From IMG/VR virus record IMGVR_UViG_3300028840_001835: 64,000 nucleotides of DNA; one strand, written 5' to 3'. A model generated the notes under the pieces. The model ran no database searches. It was not told where the DNA came from and saw only the letters and a program-made list of their open reading frames with translations. Shown in pieces: positions 44,550 to 54,018 of the stretch (the first letter of the stretch is position 1; each line of letters starts with the position of its first letter). The translations under genes and the position numbers were made by a program. Source of the DNA: a virus. Taxonomy: Duplodnaviria > Caudoviricetes.

Positions 44550-45542
44550 TTAGAATTCTTCCAGCATATATAGGTACTCGGCCAGGGAGCTACTCTCCTT
44601 TAGCCTGTCCTTCCTTGCTAATTCTTTTGACTTGGTGAATAGGTCTGTGATGACCTTGAACATCCTACCGTTTGATAGGTTGATTACTATACCTTCCATC
44701 TCGGAGCCCCATTTACCCGTAACGAATGAACCACGGATCTTGTTGGCAACCTTTTTCTGGAACTTTAATATCTCCGCCTTTATCTCTTTCCTCTTCTGAA
44801 CGGCAGGGCGCTTCCTAGACTTATCAAGGAGTACATCCTTGATCTTCTGTTTGTGTTTCTTCTCTATAACGTCAACCGCTTTCTTTATCTGCTTGATCTC
44901 ATTCTTTAATGTAACCTTCTTAAACACCTTTACTATGGTGTCATCAAAAATAATATTCTTATCACTAATAGCTTTTATTTCGGATATTATCTTTTTGGAT
45001 TTAGGATGCTGATGGCCCTCCCCATCCTGTACATCAATCAGTATGAACGATGCCCAGTTACCAAGTAGATCACGTTTATATTGTATTGCCACAAACTTCA
45101 CGTCCTGGGACACTGGTGTTTTAGACTTACCGTTCGGAAGATAGAATGCCTCGCAAATTATCTTTATACCCGTCGGTGTATTATACTTTCTAAGTATATC
45201 AAGTAATTTCTTAAACTTACTTAACCTCTCCAGTATATCATCATAACCTTTACTTATCTCATTGGCCGTGCCGAATTTCTTTTTGGTATAAGCAGCAAAG
45301 GCCCCTACATCAAAGACGGGGCCTGAGTGCGAGGACTCTATGAAAAACTTTCCTTTCTCATCTAGACCAAAACGTAATCCAAAACCGTCGGCCTTCTCGG
45401 TCACCGATGCAATTTCCGGTGTTATACTGGAGTCGTTCTTCTCTATGAAATTTATTATGTCAAGAAAGTCTGTGGTCTTGATCCCCATGACCTCCTTGTC
45501 CAAATGCGGGACCCCTGCCCGTTTTGTCTTTTGAATTGGCAT
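44550..45542 (-). CDS. ATP-dependent ligase-fold nucleotidyltransferase (RNA-ligase-like)
   Basis: TEKADG (KxDG), ICEAF, MEGIVI, FKVI. Confidence 0.65.
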   Translation of the reverse strand: MPIQKTKRAGVPHLDKEVMGIKTTDFLDIINFIEKNDSSITPEIASVTEKADGFGLRFGLDEKGKFFIESSHSGPVFDVGAFAAYTKKKFGTANEISKGYDDILERLSKFKKLLDILRKYNTPTGIKIICEAFYLPNGKSKTPVSQDVKFVAIQYKRDLLGNWASFILIDVQDGEGHQHPKSKKIISEIKAISDKNIIFDDTIVKVFKKVTLKNEIKQIKKAVDVIEKKHKQKIKDVLLDKSRKRPAVQKRKEIKAEILKFQKKVANKIRGSFVTGKWGSEMEGIVINLSNGRMFKVITDLFTKSKELARKDRLKESSSLAEYLYMLEEF

Positions 45543-46687
45543 TAAGTCATCCTATACTTGCTGTAGTATTCCTCGATCATTTTCTTGATCTCTGGCTCAT
45601 GTTTCTTTAGGAAAGGGAACACCTTGAGGAACTCCTTATAGGCGGCCATCTTTATGTTCTTATCCTCGGCCGGGTTGTTTCTCTCTATTCCCTGAGACCC
45701 CTTACTCCATAGTAATCTAATAAAAAGCCAGAAAATCTGCTCGACTTTTTGGACTTTAAATTCTTTCTTCATTATCTTTAAAGTCTTAGCAAATGACTTC
45801 AGGTCTCGCCTCTCTGCTCCCTTTGGCAACCTGCCAAACATGAACTCGAATATCTTTGGTATGTCCGTCACGAACTTTGCACCCTTTGATGGTATCTCTC
45901 TATAGGTAGGCAGCCCGTCGGTCTGAATGATTTTTCCCTTATCATCAAGTACAGGTTCCAGTTTCTTTCTGAAGCCCCTGTCCACACTGAACCCAAAGAA
46001 GGAAACGGTGTCTGGACGTTGGAGGCGTTTACCCTTCTTACCTACTATGGCGACCTCTCCCCGTTGTATAGAGGATGTTATGGCCCTCACAAGATACTTG
46101 ATGAATAGACCTTTAATGCCTTTCTGTATGTCTGTCCATGAGCTGGAGTGACCGAACGTTGCGAACTCTGTTGGCTCATTGTTTGAGAACTCCGTACCCT
46201 CAAAGTCGACCTGTATATACTTTATTATGTCGTGCCATTCTGGTGTAGTCTCAAGTATACCATTAAACTGAAGTCCCGCGGAGGTGAAGCCGCGCCATTT
46301 GAAGTTACCAACCTTCTTACCTTTTAAACCTTCAAGAACACTACGAAGGTCTCCCATATAGGAGACCGGAACCTGGAGATCCATATCTCCAACTTTCTTC
46401 TTAACCTTTGAAAAAGATTTCAATGGTTTGTTAAAGAACAGCCGTGTCGAGCCAGAGAATATCATACCCGAGGAGACCAGTTTCTTGAAGTCGGCCCAGA
46501 GGGGTTTCTTTGCTTTACGATTGAAGGCATCATTAAAACCCTTAAAGGAGCGCATTAGCTCCTCCTTAAGTTTCTTGAACTTAGGTTCATCTAACCTATC
46601 CATGGGTATCTTCTGAGCCTGCTCACCATCAACTATGACGTTGCCGCCCTCATTTAGTGTCATGTAGAAATCTTTAAAACTTCTCAT
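45542..46687 (-). CDS. Pol-beta-superfamily nucleotidyltransferase with capsid-targeting-like N-terminus
   Basis: FSGS...GDMDL, IQVDF; start MRSFKDF...LNE. Confidence 0.65.
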   Translation of the reverse strand: MRSFKDFYMTLNEGGNVIVDGEQAQKIPMDRLDEPKFKKLKEELMRSFKGFNDAFNRKAKKPLWADFKKLVSSGMIFSGSTRLFFNKPLKSFSKVKKKVGDMDLQVPVSYMGDLRSVLEGLKGKKVGNFKWRGFTSAGLQFNGILETTPEWHDIIKYIQVDFEGTEFSNNEPTEFATFGHSSSWTDIQKGIKGLFIKYLVRAITSSIQRGEVAIVGKKGKRLQRPDTVSFFGFSVDRGFRKKLEPVLDDKGKIIQTDGLPTYREIPSKGAKFVTDIPKIFEFMFGRLPKGAERRDLKSFAKTLKIMKKEFKVQKVEQIFWLFIRLLWSKGSQGIERNNPAEDKNIKMAAYKEFLKVFPFLKKHEPEIKKMIEEYYSKYRMT

Positions 46688-47340
46688 AGCCAGGTCTCTG
46701 CCTCCTTAACAACCTTGTTCTTCTTTAGCATGTCTCTCATATATCTCCACATGGATACATCGTAACCAGTCATCTTGATAAATGTATCCATATCATTATC
46801 GACCAGGGCCTTTCTTATCTTGGTGCCAGAGGTCTCGTTTCTCTTGACGACCATCATCTCCCCCATACCGAACTTCTTATTATTTGGATCTCGGACCCCC
46901 TTGTTCTTCTTATTATAGTTGATAAAGACCTTCCCGAACTCCTTCTTCCTGTCGCCCCCAATCAAAAACACCGGTCTGGTGATCCCTTCATTCAGAAGCT
47001 CCGTAAACATGCGCACTGGGATGGTTGCCTTCACATTCAGGAACTTCTCCTTTGTCGCCCTTTTGACTATCTCTCCCCTCTGCTCTGGTGAGAATATGTT
47101 GGCTCCATACTTACCCTTTTTCTCCGTCTTGGTGCGTAACGGGGAGACGACCATCACATTCTTGAATTTCTTCTTTGCTTCAGTAATTAGCCTTCCGTGG
47201 CCATTGGGTCCTGTCCATGGAGAGAACTTACCGAATATGACGGCGGTTGGTTCGGCCTTTTCGTCTATAACGTATCTTTTTAACGTGACCTGTTTGGTAG
47301 GGTCCTTTCTATCTTGAACCTGTATGTCTATGAGTGGCAT
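46684..47340 (-). CDS. HIGH-type cytidylyltransferase-like nucleotidyltransferase
   Basis: IFGKFSPWT..NGHGRL, IGGDR, SGTKIRKA. Confidence 0.75.
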   Translation of the reverse strand: MPLIDIQVQDRKDPTKQVTLKRYVIDEKAEPTAVIFGKFSPWTGPNGHGRLITEAKKKFKNVMVVSPLRTKTEKKGKYGANIFSPEQRGEIVKRATKEKFLNVKATIPVRMFTELLNEGITRPVFLIGGDRKKEFGKVFINYNKKNKGVRDPNNKKFGMGEMMVVKRNETSGTKIRKALVDNDMDTFIKMTGYDVSMWRYMRDMLKKNKVVKEAETWL

Positions 47341-47355
47341 CTATGTATGGGCTCC

Positions 47356-47685
47356 TTAATTCTTTTCCCCGAGCAACCAGGTCTTCTGAATGGTTTCAAA
47401 CTTTCCAGACCTCACATATACATTTGCCTTCTTTCCCCCGACAACATCCTCTGCGAACTTCTTATAGTCTATCTGTCCCATTGTCTTTGGTCTTGAACCC
47501 GGCGTAGCTCCGAGGTCCTCAAGAAATCTCTGCATTGTTGTTATGGCATCCTTTTCACTAACCTTAATGTAATTGAGCTTACCAGTCTCTGTATTTCTAA
47601 ATGACCAGCGGGACTCGTTCTTCTTTATAGTGAACACCATCCAAGGATTTCTACCCTCATAGTATGTATCTATAAATCTTCCCAT
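47356..47685 (-). CDS. Hypothetical late protein
   Basis: 109-aa ORF in late operon. Confidence 0.6.
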   Translation of the reverse strand: MGRFIDTYYEGRNPWMVFTIKKNESRWSFRNTETGKLNYIKVSEKDAITTMQRFLEDLGATPGSRPKTMGQIDYKKFAEDVVGGKKANVYVRSGKFETIQKTWLLGEKN

Positions 47686-47694
47686 GAGGCCCCC

Positions 47695-48198
47695 TTATTT
47701 CTTTAGTCCAAACGTGGCTCTCTTTCTCTTTGAGATTGCCCGTTTGATTCTGGCGGTTGCCTGCTTTGCTTTTCTCTTTATGGCGCCGAGCTTCTGAGAC
47801 TTCTTACGTTTACGAACTTCAGCGGCCTTCATTCTTACCTCTTTGGGTCTACCTGTTGAAGGGTCGAGCACCACCCTATAGCCAGGTCTATCCGATTTGA
47901 ACTTCTTGATTTTCTTCCCGCCCCGAACAACGATCTTTTTGAATAGCCGTTCATTAAGGTCGGCGTCCTCACAATCCTGCTCAGAGAACACCGCAGTTCC
48001 TTCCTCTTCCTCGATTTGATCATCGAGGATATTGGATATCTTACCAAGGGTCTTCTCAGAAAGGTTCTCATACTTCTCAATTAGTTCCTCTTCAGAAAGT
48101 TCATTCTCGACATCCTTTATAATGTTAGCCATAACATCATTAATGATCTCTTCCTCAGCCTTCGTTTCCTGGAGGTAAAATTCTTTGAAATTTCTCAT
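47695..48198 (-). CDS. Prohead core protein, T4 gp68-like
   Basis: Acidic N-half, highly basic C-half (RKRKK...KRAISKRKR...GL), MRNFKEF start. Confidence 0.55.
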   Translation of the reverse strand: MRNFKEFYLQETKAEEEIINDVMANIIKDVENELSEEELIEKYENLSEKTLGKISNILDDQIEEEEGTAVFSEQDCEDADLNERLFKKIVVRGGKKIKKFKSDRPGYRVVLDPSTGRPKEVRMKAAEVRKRKKSQKLGAIKRKAKQATARIKRAISKRKRATFGLKK

Positions 48199-48225
48199 CC
48201 TATTCTCCTTGCTAGCCTTTTTATA

Positions 48226-48233
48226 TATTTATA
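48226..48233 (-). promoter_or_regulatory. Late promoter TATAAATA
   Basis: Exact match upstream of 48198. Confidence 0.7.
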
Positions 48234-48378
48234 AAAAGAACTCTGGATGTGTAAAGTCTAATTCTCTGGGCTCATCGTCATCAGTCTCATCTCCAATCAC
48301 CTGATACTCATCCTCCATAGTCTCAAACTCGCCATCATCCGGAAAGTCCAGAAGTTCTCTATCGTGATAACCTCCCAT
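48229..48378 (-). CDS. Small highly acidic protein (49 aa)
   Basis: MGGYHDRELLDFPDDGEFETMEDEY...; SD AGGAG. Confidence 0.55.
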   Translation of the reverse strand: MGGYHDRELLDFPDDGEFETMEDEYQVIGDETDDDEPRELDFTHPEFFL

Positions 48379-48387
48379 ACATTCCTC

Positions 48388-48789
48388 CTAATCTACGACC
48401 TCAACATCATTTACATTGAATTTATGGGAGATCACCCATTTATACTTCTCCTTAAAGGGAAGAACATACACAAACTTGTCGTGCTTCTCAATGTCATCCT
48501 CATTAACCACGTCAATTAGACCCCAGTTTTTCAAACAAAAAATAATCGAGTTCTTGCGCTCGATATCTTCATCACTTATGTTATTGTAACCATTATCTCG
48601 GGTCAGTATAAACATCTCTTTAAAATGGACAATGTAATACTCCTCAAAATTCTGATAGAGGTAACATGATGGATAAAGTATCTTCTGCCGTTTGTTGGCG
48701 ATACCTATTCGTGTGAGGGTTTCTTTGATGATCTTAATGTCGGTCTTTGGTACAACCTGTACCATATGCTTAATCTCTTTCATAATCAC
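48388..48789 (-). CDS. regA: Translational repressor RegA
   Basis: KETLTRIGIA, YYIVHFKEMF, NWGLI. Confidence 0.9.
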   Translation of the reverse strand: MIMKEIKHMVQVVPKTDIKIIKETLTRIGIANKRQKILYPSCYLYQNFEEYYIVHFKEMFILTRDNGYNNISDEDIERKNSIIFCLKNWGLIDVVNEDDIEKHDKFVYVLPFKEKYKWVISHKFNVNDVEVVD

Positions 48790-48835
48790 TCACGGTTTAA
48801 ATGAACAAACTTTCGATAAAATCTCAATACAAATG

Positions 48836-48843
48836 TATTTATA
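48836..48843 (-). promoter_or_regulatory. Late promoter TATAAATA
   Basis: Exact match upstream of regA. Confidence 0.55.
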
Positions 48844-49317
48844 TTAACGCCTAGTTTTTGGCTTGGTTTTTTTCTTTGGAAGTTTTCCTTCTGCGTATTT
48901 TTTAATGTCATATCGTTTTAGAGGATTGCTAACTGTTCGTGGATATGTTACCCAAAGATGTGTTGCTTTCGGAAATAACTCATAAAATTTCTTGAAAATC
49001 TGTTGAATATTTTTTGACTTCATATTTATTTTATGCGTCCAGATGATCCTGTTATCTCCATCATAACCAAAACCGATATCAAAATCTAACTTTCGTTCCA
49101 TAAAACGATGTTCAATACTGGCGTCCCAAGCATAAAAGATTGGACGTGTTTTATCAACAATCCCGCCGCGAACCGAATCGTACAGATTATCTTTCTCTAA
49201 TTCTCTCACTTCACTTGCTGAAGGATTGACAAAAATTTCAACCGTTTGAGGGGAGCCCCACGTTGCAACCCGGACTGTCTTCATAAACTTTTCATCCAAG
49301 ATATCTCTAAATTTCAT
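48844..49317 (-). CDS. Putative virion/internal protein
   Basis: MKFRDILDE start; EIFVNPS. Confidence 0.55.
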   Translation of the reverse strand: MKFRDILDEKFMKTVRVATWGSPQTVEIFVNPSASEVRELEKDNLYDSVRGGIVDKTRPIFYAWDASIEHRFMERKLDFDIGFGYDGDNRIIWTHKINMKSKNIQQIFKKFYELFPKATHLWVTYPRTVSNPLKRYDIKKYAEGKLPKKKTKPKTRR

Positions 49318-49325
49318 ACAATACC

Positions 49326-49862
49326 TTAATTGTTAAGGACCTTGGTCGTGGACACTATGTTAAAATCATCGAAAGCAAATGTACAACTAAACTGAAGCTC
49401 CTCTGAACTTCCGAATACAAGTGATAACGAACTTAATGAAACAAGAAAACATCTATCAAATGTTAGGGTGTTTGTTTTTCTACTTTGATTGTCCAACATT
49501 ATAACACTTATCACATCAATCACTGTGTCTGATGACGCCCTTCCGTCAGCGTTATTACCGCATCCATATCTAAGTAACTTCATCCAATCAAAGAATGCCT
49601 TATAGTTCGACAAATCCTCGTCGGCGAAAAACTCTATTGTGAGCTGGGAGAGATCGTTGTTATATTTGGAGATTGGATAACGCCTCACTATGTTCATAAA
49701 CTCAGACTGTGTTAATTCTATACTGGAATCTGGTAGTGTTATCGATCTAACAAAGTTATTAAATATCTCCATATCTATCCTGGTCGTCCTGGTGTCGGGC
49801 ATTGGGATATTGGAGAACACCGCCTTAAATCGATCTGAATTTGCCTGGTTTACTGTTGACAT
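49326..49862 (-). CDS. Tail tube terminator, T4 gp3-like
   Basis: FVRSITLP, LTIEFFADEDLSNY...FDWM, FSCTF. Confidence 0.7.
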   Translation of the reverse strand: MSTVNQANSDRFKAVFSNIPMPDTRTTRIDMEIFNNFVRSITLPDSSIELTQSEFMNIVRRYPISKYNNDLSQLTIEFFADEDLSNYKAFFDWMKLLRYGCGNNADGRASSDTVIDVISVIMLDNQSRKTNTLTFDRCFLVSLSSLSLVFGSSEELQFSCTFAFDDFNIVSTTKVLNN

Positions 49863-49881
49863 ATACTTCTCCTATTTGAAG

Positions 49882-49889
49882 TATTTATA
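49882..49889 (-). promoter_or_regulatory. Late promoter TATAAATA
   Basis: Exact match upstream of the gp3-like gene. Confidence 0.7.
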
Positions 49890-50502
49890 CTTCTGTCTCC
49901 ATGTATCCGGGTGTCTTTGTCTTGTTGGAATTGTGCATTCTGTAACGATAAAGTGGCAATCTAAGATGATGAATATTATAAAATCCGCCCAATCTCTTTC
50001 TAAGCTCCTCTTCCTCTCTATGTCTAAAACTCTCATTGTAGCCATTCACCTTGAGTAGAAGATCCTTTCTATACATTATGCCGCAGGATATGTTATCCCT
50101 CTCTGCGTATTTTCTCTCAATCTTATTCTCAAACTCGTCCACCAGAATGTAATCACAGGACACACCGAACGCATCACGATTGTTCTGAAGATAGAAATGA
50201 AGAAAGAAACACAAGTCCTCATTTATGTAATCATCTGCGTCAACCCTCACGACAAACCTACCCTTGGCATTCATTATACCAACATTAGACGCTCCTGCAA
50301 CTCCAACATTCTCAGAGGTCTGAAAGAATGAAATCTCATTCAAGAACGGTCGAATTATCTCTTGGGTGTTGTCGGTGCTACAATCGTCCACAAGTATTAC
50401 CTCATAAGTAATCCGTCTTTGTTTTAGACATGACCTTAAACAACGATCAAGATAACGACCGTAATTATAATTTGTTACTATTATGGATATATCTGGAATC
50501 AT
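49885..50502 (-). CDS. GT2 glycosyltransferase
   Basis: SIIVTNYNY, VDDCSTD, VDADD. Confidence 0.9.
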   Translation of the reverse strand: MIPDISIIVTNYNYGRYLDRCLRSCLKQRRITYEVILVDDCSTDNTQEIIRPFLNEISFFQTSENVGVAGASNVGIMNAKGRFVVRVDADDYINEDLCFFLHFYLQNNRDAFGVSCDYILVDEFENKIERKYAERDNISCGIMYRKDLLLKVNGYNESFRHREEEELRKRLGGFYNIHHLRLPLYRYRMHNSNKTKTPGYMETEV

Positions 50503-51262
50503 ATGTATCTACCTCATAATTCTCATAATCAAAAAACTCATTATTTGTATTCACAGGATCTTTATTTGAGTATATCGTCTTGAATGCCTCGTCTGCATCC
50601 ACACGACTCTTATCCTCGAATTCCTGTAGTCTTAATTCATCACCATGCAGTATTGAGAACTGTCTGGCATCAACCCTATCTGCGGGATTTATTTCCCTAA
50701 GACCCATTAACTTTAAACGATGAAATAGATCATCGTCATCGCCACCATAATGACTCACCTTCTCATCCCATCCGCCGATGGATGCAAAGTCACTATTATA
50801 GACAATAATATTTCCGTAATTAACCTCTGGTGAAATTCTTTTTGATTGATGTGCCATGGACTCTTGGACTCGGGTAACAAAAAACGTCTCCTCATATTTC
50901 ACTCGTTTACACCAGTGACTTAGATAATCCATTGATAGAAATGTATCGGCATCAGAAAAAGCCAACATATAACTACCACTACTTCTCGACACTCTGGCTC
51001 CAAGATTCTTAACCTTTCTTGGATTATATTGTAAATTTTCCTTGATGTTTATCACTCGCACTTCTTGAAGATCACGTGGAGCGATACCAACCATCATGTT
51101 TAGATGTGACTTGAAAACTTCTTCAAAGTTATCTACTGAAAAGAAGTTAACCAAGATTAGTTCATATGGAATGCCAACCTGGGACAACATGAATGGAAGA
51201 GTCCGATCAAGATGTTGTGCCCGATTCTTAACACCAACTATTAATGAAACTTCTGGACGCAT
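50465..51262 (-). CDS. GT-A glycosyltransferase (GT2/GT7 C-terminal type)
   Basis: FSDAD, IGGWDE..HYGGDDDDL. Confidence 0.85.
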   Translation of the reverse strand: MRPEVSLIVGVKNRAQHLDRTLPFMLSQVGIPYELILVNFFSVDNFEEVFKSHLNMMVGIAPRDLQEVRVINIKENLQYNPRKVKNLGARVSRSSGSYMLAFSDADTFLSMDYLSHWCKRVKYEETFFVTRVQESMAHQSKRISPEVNYGNIIVYNSDFASIGGWDEKVSHYGGDDDDLFHRLKLMGLREINPADRVDARQFSILHGDELRLQEFEDKSRVDADEAFKTIYSNKDPVNTNNEFFDYENYEVDTYDSRYIHNSNKL

Positions 51263-51960
51263 ATTCTATCAACCTCTTTTCTCAACATTCTAAGTTCATC
51301 AAAATTCATAGAGCAGGTATGAGCTCCCTCTGTGTCAGACTGTAGTGCATGATCAGTAGTAAAATGTTTTTCTATGTATCTGGCGCCTCGTTTCACAGCC
51401 TCTATACTCGCATCTATCCCGACTGAATGATCACTAAATCCTTCTATCTCATCGAACTTTTCTGGCATTAACTCGATGGCCCTCTCAAAACTATGCGGAT
51501 ATTCTGCAACACAATGAAAGTAGGTAACATTATCGTTGGTAAATGGTAAACCCTTTTTATTAAGATCCCATACTCCCAAAGATATGAATATATTTTCAAA
51601 CATATCCAGACTCTGTTTACATAAATCAAATTTAAATTCCAACATCATACTGGCGATCTTAAATGTATTCGTTCCGATGGAATGAAGATATGAAATTCTA
51701 TTTCTATCAAACGCTGAGGCAAAAAAATCAATATTAAGATTCTCCGAGAACTTCTTTAATCTCAATAACTGTTCATGGGTCATTGATAGATACTCCCACC
51801 TCTCTCTGTTCTCTCCTGGAAGCTGGTAGGTGTCATAAAACTGAACCTTCACCGCATCTGCTCCCGCTATCTTGGACTGAAGTATCATCTGCTCAGCACG
51901 ACTAATAGAACCACCCCATTGACCGCAAAGCTCTGACACTATGTATACACTATCTTCCAT
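51241..51960 (-). CDS. neuB: Nonulosonic acid (N-acetylneuraminate-type) synthase, no C-terminal AFP domain
   Basis: GADAVK, FKIAS, FHCVAEYP, GFSDHS, IEKHFT. Confidence 0.88.
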   Translation of the reverse strand: MEDSVYIVSELCGQWGGSISRAEQMILQSKIAGADAVKVQFYDTYQLPGENRERWEYLSMTHEQLLRLKKFSENLNIDFFASAFDRNRISYLHSIGTNTFKIASMMLEFKFDLCKQSLDMFENIFISLGVWDLNKKGLPFTNDNVTYFHCVAEYPHSFERAIELMPEKFDEIEGFSDHSVGIDASIEAVKRGARYIEKHFTTDHALQSDTEGAHTCSMNFDELRMLRKEVDRICVQKFH

Positions 51961-52504
51961 TTTCTTCTAATCTCCTTACATCGTCAATGTCATGCACGTC
52001 CATTAAGTCGCAAACAACAACCCCGCAGTTGGTACTTAGGTCTTTCTGAAAAACATAGTCACCCCTAAACACACGGAACGCTGCGTTCTGCATGAGATTA
52101 CTGTTGACACTAAACACCTCATCTCTGTCATATTTATTTAACGTATCAATCGCCTGATCAAGGTATCCCCCTTTAATCTCTGGGGAGTTCGGCTGAAGTG
52201 ATATCCAGATACTTGGATTATATCTTAGTGATATGAATTTCGCTGCGTCCCGGATGACGGCCTGCTTCGGTGTGTCATCGTTTGACAATCCAGATCCTCT
52301 ATCTATAGTCTGTATTCCTAGACCAATACAACAATCAATAACCTCAACACTATTGGTGCTCACAAATGTATGTATCTGGAACCTGGAATCCTGGCAGGCC
52401 TTCCACGCCCAGTATAACATCGGCTTACCCCAGATAGGATGAATGTTCTTTTTCGGCAATCTTCTGGATTGTCCCTTTGCGGGTATGATGGCAACAATAT
52501 CCAA
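51950..52504 (-). CDS. neuA: Acylneuraminate cytidylyltransferase
   Basis: AIIPAKGQSRRLPKKNI, LQPNSP. Confidence 0.88.
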   Translation of the reverse strand: MDIVAIIPAKGQSRRLPKKNIHPIWGKPMLYWAWKACQDSRFQIHTFVSTNSVEVIDCCIGLGIQTIDRGSGLSNDDTPKQAVIRDAAKFISLRYNPSIWISLQPNSPEIKGGYLDQAIDTLNKYDRDEVFSVNSNLMQNAAFRVFRGDYVFQKDLSTNCGVVVCDLMDVHDIDDVRRLEENGR

Positions 52505-52505
52505 A

Positions 52506-53063
52506 TCAAAACTCCTTTACAAAATACCAAGAGGCGTCCTCGGGTATGAGAATGTTTAACGTTATTGGTTTACCTATAATGTATTCGTCAATTGCCCTCT
52601 TTACTCCAAACGAACCAAGTTCGTTCTCCATGTTGAAATAATCATGTCCGGCGAACACCCCTCCTTTCTTGACCTTAGGAACCCATGCCTCTATATCCAT
52701 TTTAGCATGTTCGTAACTATGATCACCATCAAGGTATATGAAATCAAACGATCCGTCCTGAAACTTATCAATGGTATCCTCGGAACGTGCTCTTATTATC
52801 TCGACAGAATCATCATTCTCAAAGTATGCTCTGACCCCTTGATGTATCTCCTCAAACTCATCATTTGATTTCTCATTCATGGCATCCCTGTAACCCTCAA
52901 GCTGTCTCCATGGATCGAGAAGATATAACTTCTTATGTATATTCCATGAATGTATAATACGGGAGAATCTTCCACGCCATACACCTATCTCAAGATATGT
53001 ACCATTGTCAAGACCAAGGTTTTTTAATAGCACATCAAAGTCGTTTCTAACAAATATCTTCAT
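52506..53063 (-). CDS. Class I SAM methyltransferase (Methyltransf_24-like)
   Basis: LEIGVWRG, FIYLDGDHSYE, AGHDY. Confidence 0.88.
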   Translation of the reverse strand: MKIFVRNDFDVLLKNLGLDNGTYLEIGVWRGRFSRIIHSWNIHKKLYLLDPWRQLEGYRDAMNEKSNDEFEEIHQGVRAYFENDDSVEIIRARSEDTIDKFQDGSFDFIYLDGDHSYEHAKMDIEAWVPKVKKGGVFAGHDYFNMENELGSFGVKRAIDEYIIGKPITLNILIPEDASWYFVKEF

Positions 53064-54018
53064 AAACTATATTCAATACCTCCTTTGAGATACCTCGACA
53101 AATAGAAAGGCTCTCAGATATGGCCGTCTTAAAATTAAACTTATTTTCAATTAGATACATAATTACTCCACGTATCTGTTCCTTTGTGAAATTGGTCGGC
53201 ATCTTTCTACAAAAATCATATTCATAAAGAAAAGGAAATATTAATCCAAATGGTTTTATGTTAAAATTAATAACAGGTCTTTCGCACATAACTATTTCTT
53301 CAATTGAAGTAGAATTAAAATTAACGGCAAGTCTTGACACCGAAAGTAACTCCATAGTCGTATGTGGAAACACCGTCGAATCATAAAACAATCTATCTCC
53401 TGGATGATTACATACGTCTTTCTTCCTTGATTTGACCAGCACCCTTAATCCGCATCCTTTTAAATGTTCATATAGCATTTTTAAATTAATCTTGTTTTCA
53501 TCCCTGGTTCTTGGATAAAGGATAAGCGCATTATTCTCATCTGGTATGTTGAACTTCTCAAGAACATGCTTTGGGTCAATAGATACATCATACTTGGGTA
53601 GCCCTATGAAATGATTCTTGTCTGAGTCCTTCACCTTCGCCACGTTATTCTCTCTAAACACCTTTTCACTAAGGAAGAACACATGATTCATCGCATCTAT
53701 GTACCGACTATAATGTACAGTAAAATCTGTACAGTTAGAGAATGATACTTTCTTTGTCTTGTATGTAACTTGTTTGAATTCACACCCCTCAACAAAGAAT
53801 GTTACGGATGATGGATATTCATTGACCTTGGAAATGTCCTTGACGTTGAATTTAAATTCATTTTTAAGTTCATTGATTCTATTAATAAATTTGTATGGGC
53901 AACAATACTTTGCATGCTTCTTTAAAAATACCGTTGACGATAATCCTCTTCTATTGCCTTCAATGATTAAGGGTAGAAAATGAAATAAATATTGAAAATT
54001 ACAAACTATGAAATTCAT
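53047..54018 (-). CDS. GT-B-fold transferase, possibly CMP-nonulosonate transferase
   Basis: IGLPKYD, VKSRKK, NSTSIEE; adjacent to neuA/neuB. Confidence 0.55.
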   Translation of the reverse strand: MNFIVCNFQYLFHFLPLIIEGNRRGLSSTVFLKKHAKYCCPYKFINRINELKNEFKFNVKDISKVNEYPSSVTFFVEGCEFKQVTYKTKKVSFSNCTDFTVHYSRYIDAMNHVFFLSEKVFRENNVAKVKDSDKNHFIGLPKYDVSIDPKHVLEKFNIPDENNALILYPRTRDENKINLKMLYEHLKGCGLRVLVKSRKKDVCNHPGDRLFYDSTVFPHTTMELLSVSRLAVNFNSTSIEEIVMCERPVINFNIKPFGLIFPFLYEYDFCRKMPTNFTKEQIRGVIMYLIENKFNFKTAISESLSICRGISKEVLNIVYEDIC

